Shown: positions 30,678 to 38,626 of the stretch, in pieces | How the letters are laid out: each line of letters opens with the position of its first letter | Numbering within the stretch: position 1 is the first letter of the stretch | From: an uncultured virus (IMG/VR IMGVR_UViG_3300028840_008159) | Taxonomy: Duplodnaviria > Heunggongvirae > Uroviricota > Caudoviricetes | DNA: 64,000 bases | Direction: 5' to 3' (one strand) | Virus record (IMG/VR): IMGVR_UViG_3300028840_008159 | Notes under the pieces: model-generated | Databases searched by the model: none | Told to the model about the DNA's origin: nothing | What the model saw: only the letters and a program-made list of their open reading frames with translations | Position numbers and translations under genes: made by a program

Positions 30678-31541
30678 ATGGCGAAGAAGAAAACCGTCGA
30701 CTCGCTTACGAAGGAGCAGGAAGCCCAGCTAGGCGTCTGGGCCGACAAATGGAACCAGATCGGACTGTGTACGAAGCCGATCAACGTTCCAAAGGCCAAG
30801 AAAGCCCTGATCAAGGCTTACAAGGCTGCCGGGTTCGAGCCCCCGAAGGAATGGGTCGTCCTTCCTTCTCCATACCAAGGGGCGATGAAGGCGATGGAGC
30901 TCAACGGGGGCCAGTACGTCGCCCCGTTCTTCGGTTGCCACGAGAGCAACTGGCTGGGCTTCTACGAGTTCTTCGGGGAAGTCCTCGAGATGAAGGAAGA
31001 GGTCGCCCCGGTGGCCGGGCTCATCGAGTACGCCAAGTACGGCGGGTGGGCGTGGCTGTTCACCGACGTGGCCATCATGACGGACCGCCCGGCCGAGATA
31101 CACCTCGACCCCGAGGGGCGCCTCCATTGCGAGACGGGCATGGCCTTCAAGTGGCGCGACGGGACCGGGGACTACGTCTGGCACAACGTCCGGGTTCCCG
31201 AGAAGGTCATCATGGAGCCCGAGAAGATCACGCTCGAGGAGATCGTCGGGGAGAAGAACGCGGAAATCCGCCGCGTGATGATCGAGCGCTTCGGGCGCGA
31301 GAAGTTCATCGACCTGCCCGGGACCAAACTTGTCCATTCGGATGAGTGGGGAAAGCTGTATCATCATGTCATCGACGGGACGACGTACGCGTTCGTCAAG
31401 GTCATCAACTCGACGCCTGACCCCAGCGGCGCCGTGAAGGAGTACATCCTCCGGGTGAACCCGGACATCAAGACGGCCCGCGAGGCCGTCGCCTCGACCC
31501 AGCCGAGGATCGAGAATTTCTGCCCGGCCGAGGAAACCTAA
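30678..31541 (+). CDS. DUF6745-like conserved protein
   Basis: WLGFYEFF..GGWAW..DRP..GRLHCETGMAFKWRDG..WHNVRVP..NAEIRRVMIERFG..NSTP; TTGACA-N16-GACAAT promoter at 30624-30651. Confidence 0.75.
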   Translation: MAKKKTVDSLTKEQEAQLGVWADKWNQIGLCTKPINVPKAKKALIKAYKAAGFEPPKEWVVLPSPYQGAMKAMELNGGQYVAPFFGCHESNWLGFYEFFGEVLEMKEEVAPVAGLIEYAKYGGWAWLFTDVAIMTDRPAEIHLDPEGRLHCETGMAFKWRDGTGDYVWHNVRVPEKVIMEPEKITLEEIVGEKNAEIRRVMIERFGREKFIDLPGTKLVHSDEWGKLYHHVIDGTTYAFVKVINSTPDPSGAVKEYILRVNPDIKTAREAVASTQPRIENFCPAEET

Positions 31542-31604
31542 AGGCTTGACGCCAGCCCTCGCGTGTGGTAGGGTTTGAAGACAAGGAAGAAAGGGAGGAT
31601 CGAC

Positions 31605-31955
31605 ATGAAGAAGGGACGCAATCCCAAGCATCGTAGGCAGGGGGACGTCGGGTTCTCGCAGCTCGACAAGATGCCCGACCTGGCGGGAATGAAGCAAGTC
31701 TCGCCCAAGAACGGGCTGCTCGTCCTGGCCGAGGGTGAGGCGACGGGCCATCACCACAGCATCGTCCTGGACGACCCCAAGACCGCCGACGTGGAGCTGT
31801 ACGAGGCCCCCAACGGGACCATGTACCTCCGCAACAAGAAGGCGGTCAAGGTTGGCCACCAGGAGCATGATACCATCACGCTCCCGCCAGGCGTCCATCA
31901 GGTGGAACGCCAGGTGGAGTTCGATCCCGAGGGGGATCGCCGGGTAGCCGACTGA
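31605..31955 (+). CDS. Conserved small His-motif protein, usual partner of the DUF6745-like gene
   Basis: RQGDV..LAEGEATGHHH..HQEH..LPPG..RQVEFDP..RRVAD. Confidence 0.8.
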   Translation: MKKGRNPKHRRQGDVGFSQLDKMPDLAGMKQVSPKNGLLVLAEGEATGHHHSIVLDDPKTADVELYEAPNGTMYLRNKKAVKVGHQEHDTITLPPGVHQVERQVEFDPEGDRRVAD

Positions 31956-32124
31956 CCAAGGGACTCCCATCGGGGGTAGCTAGGTTCATGGCCGAGACGC
32001 CGAGTTTCAAGCGGCTCGGGTCGCGCCTCGTGGCGCGACATCCATTCGCCTTGGCCTTGGTTCTTGTCTAGCCTCATGGGAATTGAAACAGGGATACCGT
32101 CCAACATGCTTGGTAGCGTATCCC
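31955..32124 (+). ncRNA. Candidate structured non-coding RNA or leader
   Basis: Nested complementary segments 31965-70/32076-81, 31979-84/32067-72, 31990-96/32050-56, 32000-04/32015-19, 32020-27/32032-39, 32091-97/32118-24. Confidence 0.5.
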
Positions 32125-32126
32125 GG

Positions 32127-32162
32127 CCTCATGGGGAGCGACCCTCTCCATGAGGTTTTTTT
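32127..32162 (+). terminator. Intrinsic terminator
   Basis: CCTCATGG...CCATGAGG stem followed by T7. Confidence 0.85.
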
Positions 32163-32173
32163 AGGAGTAAATC

Positions 32174-32371
32174 ATGGGCCAACCGCCCCGCAGGAGACAG
32201 TCCAAGGCCAGGCAGGCTGGACGCCGGGCTTCGTACATGCGCCGGATCAAGAGGGCTCAGAAGAACTACGACGAGGCCGCCCTGGAATGGGCCACCAAGC
32301 ACGGTAAGCCGGTCGAGAAATTCCCGGTACCCAAGCCACGGTCGCCTGGACAAGTTACCGCCGCCGCCTGA
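32174..32371 (+). CDS. Small basic hypothetical protein
   Basis: AGGAG RBS directly after the terminator T-run. Confidence 0.65.
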   Translation: MGQPPRRRQSKARQAGRRASYMRRIKRAQKNYDEAALEWATKHGKPVEKFPVPKPRSPGQVTAAA

Positions 32372-32373
32372 GC

Positions 32374-32398
32374 AGGATCGAGGACCCGCGCCTCCTAA
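32374..32398 (+). promoter_or_regulatory. Class II motif AGGA-N16-CCTAA
   Basis: 22 nt upstream of ATG 32421. Confidence 0.65.
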
Positions 32399-32420
32399 GT
32401 AGGCCATTGGGAGGCTCGCG

Positions 32421-33737
32421 ATGCCCTATAGACCATTCTCACGTCCACGACGTTCAAGAAGGAGAAGTCCGGCGGCCTCTGGGCCTGACCGATATTACCA
32501 CGGAAAGATCATCCGTGCCCAGTCCGGGGCCAGCGGGGCTCGCCGTTGGTACCTTTACGTCCTCCAGCCAGATTACTATTGGGTCGATGGCAAGGTCATC
32601 CGCGAGGCGCCTACCATCAAGTGGTTCACCAACGTCCCGATGCCCAACTCAAGGGGGGGCATGGTCAAGGAAGGCGACGAGATATTCATCAAGGGCAAGT
32701 TCCGGGAGCACAGCTCCATCCGGCCGTCCGGCGACCTGATCGGGAACGTCTTGGCCCTGAAGGAGGAAGAGTTCAAGAAGGTGACCGGCTACCCGGCGGG
32801 TCGGCCGGAGGTCAAGCCCGAGCCGGAGAAGCCCAAGCCGCAGCCGTGCTCCAAGCGCGTCGACGCCCTCATGGAGAGTCTTCGCGAAGCCAAGAAGAAG
32901 ATGGACGATATCCGTGAATCGGGGCTGAAGGAGCTGGACAAGCAAATCCCCGGATCCGCCAAGGACCAGGACTTGTTCAGGCGGGTGCAGGAGGCGAATT
33001 CGTTCGACGAGGCGTACCTGGAAACGCCAGACGGACGACAAAGCATCCAGCGCGTCCTCCCCGAGGTCAAGACGGAACACGACGTCATCGTCTCCCCGGA
33101 GGTCTTCCTGGACATCGCCAAGAAGCTCAGGGAGCACGCCATGACGGTCCTGAACCTCGCGGCCGAGGACCCCGAAAACGCGTCCGAGTGGGGCGACGTG
33201 GGCGACATCAGCGTTACCATCGAGCCGTTCCCGGGGGAACAGGAGACGATCACGCTAAAGCCCATGTTCGAGCCCGACGACCTGATGAAGGGCCCGGATT
33301 ACGTCGAGAACGAGTTCATCGTCCCCCTTCAGGCCGAGATGGAGAGGGCCGAGGGGGCTAGGGCGCAGGGAATCCCGGAATTCGACCATCAACTCCCGTT
33401 CGTTCCCCAGTCCGTCAAGCGGGGACGCGGAGGACAGGAGATAAGAGAGGACGTCAAAAGGGTTTACGAGGACTCCAAGCAGAAGTTCGAGTCCACGAAG
33501 GAAGCGATCAATAAAATACTGGAAGATTTGGGCATTTCCGAGGCCCAAGAGTCGTATAGAAAGGCCAAGCAGTACCTCGACCTGGCCAGATGGGATTGTC
33601 CCGGCGACAAGGACCGCATCGACAAGTTCAAGCGCGACCTGGAGTTGGGGAAGGCGGCCGCGTGGCTTGACAGGTCATGCCGGTTCGCTGGTGAGTATGG
33701 CGTGGTGGTAAAGGTGGCCGGTTTCCCGACCAAGTGA
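32421..33737 (+). CDS. Hypothetical protein (OB-fold-like N-terminus, acidic helical body) with C-terminal WLDRSCRFA and VVVKVA
   Basis: GGAGG RBS; VKEGDEIFIKGKF segment; terminal tag. Confidence 0.75.
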   Translation: MPYRPFSRPRRSRRRSPAASGPDRYYHGKIIRAQSGASGARRWYLYVLQPDYYWVDGKVIREAPTIKWFTNVPMPNSRGGMVKEGDEIFIKGKFREHSSIRPSGDLIGNVLALKEEEFKKVTGYPAGRPEVKPEPEKPKPQPCSKRVDALMESLREAKKKMDDIRESGLKELDKQIPGSAKDQDLFRRVQEANSFDEAYLETPDGRQSIQRVLPEVKTEHDVIVSPEVFLDIAKKLREHAMTVLNLAAEDPENASEWGDVGDISVTIEPFPGEQETITLKPMFEPDDLMKGPDYVENEFIVPLQAEMERAEGARAQGIPEFDHQLPFVPQSVKRGRGGQEIREDVKRVYEDSKQKFESTKEAINKILEDLGISEAQESYRKAKQYLDLARWDCPGDKDRIDKFKRDLELGKAAAWLDRSCRFAGEYGVVVKVAGFPTK

Positions 33738-33748
33738 AAATAAGGCCC
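33734..33748 (+). promoter_or_regulatory. GTGAAA-AT-AAGGCCC motif copy
   Basis: Contains the upstream TGA stop; 27 nt before ATG 33776. Confidence 0.75.
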
Positions 33749-33775
33749 GTCCATGTCGTCGAAAGGGGCGATAGC

Positions 33776-34269
33776 ATGGACCAGGCATTCCTTAACAAGA
33801 TGTACGACCTGATCGGGACGGAGGAGGTCGAACGAATACGTTCGGCGGCCAAGAAGCTGTCCGAGGACCACGCGCCAGAGAACATCGACAAGTGCCAATG
33901 CAGGATTTGCGAACTGAAGCGCAAGGGTATAGACTATTACAAGCAGATGTCCCAGGGACGCGGGGATTGGATCAAGAGGGAACTGGAGCAACGGGAGAAT
34001 CGAAGGGGCATCCCGAAGCTGTCCTCCACGAAAGAAAAATGAGCAACGAAGAGATCATCGAGGCCGTCAAGCGTCACCAGTCGCGCCCGTACTTCCATCC
34101 ATTGACCTGCGCCGTGTCATCCCACCATGAAATCCTAGAGGCCATCGAGAGAGACAAGCGCGTCGTGCTGAGATGCCCGACTTGCGGCTGGATTCAGGAG
34201 TGGATTCCCGAATTCGTGTTGGACGCGCCTCCCGATCTTCCGCTGGATTACCCGTTCGGGTCGAAATAA
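33776..34269 (+). other. Two small Cys-containing CDSs (33776-34042, 34039-34269)
   Basis: CQCRIC; HPLTC..CPTCGW; ATGA coupling. Confidence 0.7.
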
Positions 34270-34397
34270 TTCTTGTCATCCCACTTTCATGGCTTATAGT
34301 CGTCGTTGGCCGATCCCGAGGGGAGGTCGGTGTCCCTGGAAACCCCTCCTCCACGCCCGTCTTCCCCGAGGGATGGCCATAAAAAAAAGGAGGACAC

Positions 34398-35389
34398 GTG
34401 AAAGTAGACGACTTCTCCCCCGGCGACTTCTTCCGCTGCGTTAACGTATCCGAGAACGACGTGTACATGGTCATTCAAAGAAACGCGTGGTCGCTGCGCC
34501 TCGACGAGGCGGACATCGCGAAGCGCTTTCAATGCGCTGTCATCTGCGTCTATTCCGACAGGGGGGAGCGCGGCGAACTGTACCGATGCGACCGCGGCTC
34601 CGAGAACGTCGTCAAGATGAGTCCCGTCGTCTCGAGGGAACATAACGTAGTGACGGCGGCGGAGGTCGGGACTGGCGAGTTCGCCTGTTGCGACCGCATC
34701 GACGACGTCATCATCGCGCATCGCTCATTCTGCCCCACCAGCGGGCCCAGCCTCGGGCCCAGCCTGTTCAGGATGTTCTTCGGGAGCAAGGGAGACGTCA
34801 TCATGCTTCCCGGAGACGTCAAGATGACCCTCTTGGAGGTTGACTTCGAGGACTCGTTCGACGAGGCGTTGCCTGATGGGAAGACGATCCCCTCGGAGGT
34901 CATGGAGGTCGCAACGGTCTTGAATAAATGATCAACAAATTACCCGGGCCCGGACAATTCTTCCAGATGAACGACGATGACATTTACATGGTCCTCGGGG
35001 AACGAGCGACTCGCTGCCTGGAAGACAACGAGAAACTCTCCATTTGCGTCCATTGCATCGACAATGTCCAAAGTCATCGCGGCAGGCTTCACCCCCTCCC
35101 CGCTCCCCACGAGTTGAAGGCCATTCGTGCCGTCATAAAAGGCGAGGAGTCCGACCCCATCCTCGCCACCGACATGAAAAAGGGTCAAATCGCGTGTTAT
35201 GACGTCGTTGGCCAGGTGGTGGTCTTATATGGCATATTCAAGGCCGAGGACTCAAGGGTGGCGCCCGAGGACTCGGTGGCGGTGTTCTTCGGATGCGACG
35301 ATGGGGAATTCATCGTCGTCGCAAGACCGGGCGAGACGAAGGTGACGCGCCTGGAAGTTGAATTCGAGGATCCAACCACGAACCCCTAG
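34398..35389 (+). other. Two tandem paralogous CDSs (34398-34931, 34928-35389), PG(D/Q)FF family
   Basis: SPGDFF..DVYMVI / GPGQFF..DIYMVL; FFG; LEVDFED / LEVEFED. Confidence 0.75.
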
Positions 35390-36832
35390 ACTTGTTGATC
35401 TACCTCATCGAACATGTCCGAGAGGAGGACCCCCAGTCGTTCTGCAACCTTCTTGCTGGGCTTGACGGGCTTCGTTCTCTTCTTGGGCTTTTTAGGGGCC
35501 GGATTCATGGGCTCCTCGAAGAAGCCGAGCTTCCTCCAGTCGTACCGATGAACCATCTTGCGCGAATAGAACGTCCGATAGACGAGCCCGGAGACGAAGT
35601 GTTTTCTCTTGCCATCCTCGCGCTGCATCCCGAAGATGTACGTGTGATGCCATCGCTCGCCATCCACGAAGTCCTCGCAAACCCGGATCGCGTCATCGAG
35701 ATGGTCTATCGGTACCGACGACAGGCTAATCTGGACGGTATCGACCTTTTTCTTGGCGATCTTGCGCCACCCGCGATCCATCAGGACGAAGTTGCCCCGC
35801 TTGAGCTCGACGAAGGGCTTGTACCAGGTATCTCGACAGAATTCGAACTTCGGGAGGTGGGCCAGGCTCGGGAATTCCCACCCCAGCGGTCTGGAAACCT
35901 CCTTGGAACTCCTCCTCGTCCGGGCCGTCGGCGAGGCGATCCCCCAACATCGACGATGCCAGATCTTGCCGTCGTCGGGCCACACGAAGCCGGCCCCGTG
36001 GTCATTTACCATGGGACCCCCGTCATGAATGAAGGGCCCGGCGTACGCGTCGCCGCGATTGTACAGGACGGCCTCTTCTCCGTTGATGAGCTCTTCCTTG
36101 CATCCCGGGCAATTCGGGTGTTTGATGTGCGGCATCGCTCGCTCCTCTCGTGAACAGACGATAGCATGAGGGAAAGGGGTTGTCCACGAGAAAGACTAGG
36201 CTATCTAGGGAGATGCAAGATGTCTATCATCTCTCCGCCGCCTTCCTCGATCCTCTCCGCCTCGGCGCTGCAAAGGGCTTGGATCGCGCCTCCACGTAGT
36301 CGCGCCCCCTCGACCGCGAAGAAAACGTCCGGTCCGATGGGCAGTACGAACAGCGTGTCGTTGCCGAGGTAGCAGCGATCCGTCAAGAAGAAAAGGACTC
36401 TCCAAGCTCGTCGTTCGTTCATAGTCGTATCGTGACGAATTCCCTTCCGCCATGCATCTCGCGCTCGACGGTCCCGCCCCCCGTGTCGTCGCGGTGGTAC
36501 TTGCCCCACCCGTCGATGATGTAGATGGCCCCGCAAGAGCATCCCTCCATGCACGTGCGATGTCCCGCCCGTATCTCGAAGCCGCATTTCTCGCATTTGA
36601 AGCTGAACGTCTCGCCCACCCAGGCCATGTAGGCGTCTAGCCTGAGCTTCGCCTCGCTCTCGGTGAAGCCGAAACGCCCCATCAGGATGGCGTACGCGTC
36701 CTCCCTCGCGTTGGGTATCTCGCACAGGACGTCGAAGTAGATTCTGAAGCGAGTCTCGTCCTCAAGGAAGTCGAATACCTCCTTTTCGTAGGGATACTCG
36801 CCGATCTCGTCCCGAGGGAGTCGCGGGATCAT
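35386..36832 (-). other. Three hypothetical CDSs (36419-36832, 36201-36422, 35386-36135), two with CxxC motifs
   Basis: Coupled ORFs; CEKC..CSC; CPGC..HxxC. Confidence 0.65.
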
Positions 36833-37425
36833 CGCTTGCCCCTCCCCTCGACGCCCTCGATGAACATCGAGTCGGGCTCGGCCCATGCCCGTTGCTCGAT
36901 GCTTCCGATGTCGTAGGATTGGCCCGTCTTGACCATCCTGTCGTACAGGACGATGTTGGCCGCCGCCGCCAGGTTGAGGCAATGCCTCGTGGGGATGACG
37001 ATGAACCTGTGACATAGCGACAGGATGTGCTTGGGGAGGGTCCCGTCCTCGGGCCCGAACACGTAAACGGCTTCCTCGGGATGCTCGAAGTCGGTCAACC
37101 GCTCGCTATTCGGCCTGACCTCGATGGCCACGGGGACCGTCCCCTTGGGGAACTGGTCAAGGGGGCGGTCGAAGTTGACGAGCTGGACGTCCTTGTAGCC
37201 CCTCATTCGCTCCTCGCGGGGCAAACGCTCGCCCTTCCCGGGATCGAGCCTGACCCGGTCGCCCGTCCACCACAACTGCTCTACGCCGAAGCAACTGCAA
37301 GCCCTCTGGATGGTCCCGACGTTGTGGGGGAACTTGGGGTTGATGAGGACGATGGCCGGCGCCTCCCCGTAGCAGGGGGCGTTCTTGCCGACGACCATCC
37401 GTTTCTCGTGTTTCGGCTTTTTCAC
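36829..37425 (-). CDS. SpoU/TrmH-family (SPOUT) RNA methyltransferase
   Basis: NPKFPHNVGTIQRACSCFG, YVFGPEDGTL, IPTRHCLNLAAA..LYDR. Confidence 0.9.
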   Translation of the reverse strand: MKKPKHEKRMVVGKNAPCYGEAPAIVLINPKFPHNVGTIQRACSCFGVEQLWWTGDRVRLDPGKGERLPREERMRGYKDVQLVNFDRPLDQFPKGTVPVAIEVRPNSERLTDFEHPEEAVYVFGPEDGTLPKHILSLCHRFIVIPTRHCLNLAAAANIVLYDRMVKTGQSYDIGSIEQRAWAEPDSMFIEGVEGRGKR

Positions 37426-37441
37426 GGTCGTTCGCCTTTCA

Positions 37442-37852
37442 TCAGAGGTCGTAGATGACGACCCTCGCCGAGCTGTCGTCCATGGCGGCCACGTTCGCGT
37501 CAGCGTCCGCCCCCTGCGCGACCCCCACGGGACCGGCCCCGAAACGGACGCAGGCGATCTCCTCCCCGGCCTCGAACCCGATCTTGTCGAGGCTCTTCTT
37601 GATGATGGCCGGGGCGTCCCTCCATCCGTCCTTCCCCAGGGAGTGACAGGCGATGGCGTGGAAGACGCGCCCGTCGATCTCCTTGCTCAGGACGACGCCG
37701 TAACCCAAGTCCCCGTGGTAACGCAGGTTCTCCCATTTCTGGGAAATGACGCCCGCCAGGCCGCTGTCGTTGATTCCCTCGACGTTGATTGCGAAGCACA
37801 CGTGCTTCTCCTCGCAGCTCAACACGTTACCCTTCTTGGTCTTGATGATCAT
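37442..37852 (-). CDS. Macro-domain-like protein
   Basis: KGNVL..FAINVEGINDSGLAG..IACVRFGAGPVG. Confidence 0.6.
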   Translation of the reverse strand: MIIKTKKGNVLSCEEKHVCFAINVEGINDSGLAGVISQKWENLRYHGDLGYGVVLSKEIDGRVFHAIACHSLGKDGWRDAPAIIKKSLDKIGFEAGEEIACVRFGAGPVGVAQGADADANVAAMDDSSARVVIYDL

Positions 37853-38253
37853 GGTCGATCCCTTTCGCGTTTTCTCCGTTCGGGCTTCAGGCCAACGACC
37901 TCCCCGAAAAACTCGGAAAGGTCCTTCGGGGTCGCGGGCCGGTCTATGGCCCGGGGCTCGGAAGACGCCCGGATGTTATGGATCAGGAGCTTTTTCAAGT
38001 GGGACCACCACGTATCGTCGTTGGGCGTCCCGGCCCCGTGGCCGTAAGGGAGCTTGACCTCCTTCATCCACGCCTTGATATGGGACTCCATGAGGCGTAT
38101 CAACGGCAGGTCGTGATCATCCAGGTACTCGACGGGGCGATCGGCGAACTTGACCCCCGCCCATTCGTCGGACCATAGGGCCACCCCGACGGGGACGAGC
38201 CTCGTCGTCTTGCCCTCGCGTTTCCTTCTCTCGAAGATCATGCAACTAGCCAT
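37849..38253 (-). CDS. Hypothetical protein
   Basis: GGAGG RBS; TTGCCA-N16-TATTAT at 38271-38298. Confidence 0.7.
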   Translation of the reverse strand: MASCMIFERRKREGKTTRLVPVGVALWSDEWAGVKFADRPVEYLDDHDLPLIRLMESHIKAWMKEVKLPYGHGAGTPNDDTWWSHLKKLLIHNIRASSEPRAIDRPATPKDLSEFFGEVVGLKPERRKRERDRP

Positions 38254-38305
38254 GTCAGTCCTCCATGAACATAATAACACGTATTGCCGTCCTGGCAAGC
38301 TCGTC

Positions 38306-38336
38306 GGGCCTTAGTTTCACGGTGAAAAGAAGGCCC
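38306..38336. repeat. Back-to-back inverted pair of the GTGAAA-NN-AAGGCCC motif (31-bp imperfect palindrome)
   Basis: GGGCCTTAGTTTCAC-G-GTGAAAAGAAGGCCC at a strand-divergence point. Confidence 0.85.
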
Positions 38337-38363
38337 GGCGTGGGGCGCAAAGGAGGAAGTGAA

Positions 38364-38618
38364 ATGAGCGCGAAAACCAAGGTCGTCAGGTCGGCGGACA
38401 TGTTCTTCCAGAAGGGCACGTCCGACAAGGTCTACCACGTCCAGGTCGTCGAGGAGGGGGCGGGATACCACGTCCACTTCCAATACGGCCGCCGGGGTTC
38501 CAACCTACAGGAGGGGAGCAAGACGAAGGCCGCCGTCTCCCTGGATGAAGCCCACGAGATTTTCGAGAAGGTCGTCGAGCAGAAGGCGGCCAAGGGCTAC
38601 GAATGCATGAGAAAGTGA
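38364..38618 (+). CDS. Stand-alone WGR-domain protein
   Basis: GTSDKVY..QYGRRG..EQKAAKGY. Confidence 0.85.
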   Translation: MSAKTKVVRSADMFFQKGTSDKVYHVQVVEEGAGYHVHFQYGRRGSNLQEGSKTKAAVSLDEAHEIFEKVVEQKAAKGYECMRK

Positions 38619-38626
38619 GAAAGACA

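Noticed and set aside
31955..32162. tRNA, tmRNA or SRP RNA in this gap
   Set aside because: No T-loop GTTCRA in cloverleaf context, no CCA acceptor end, no SRP loop signature
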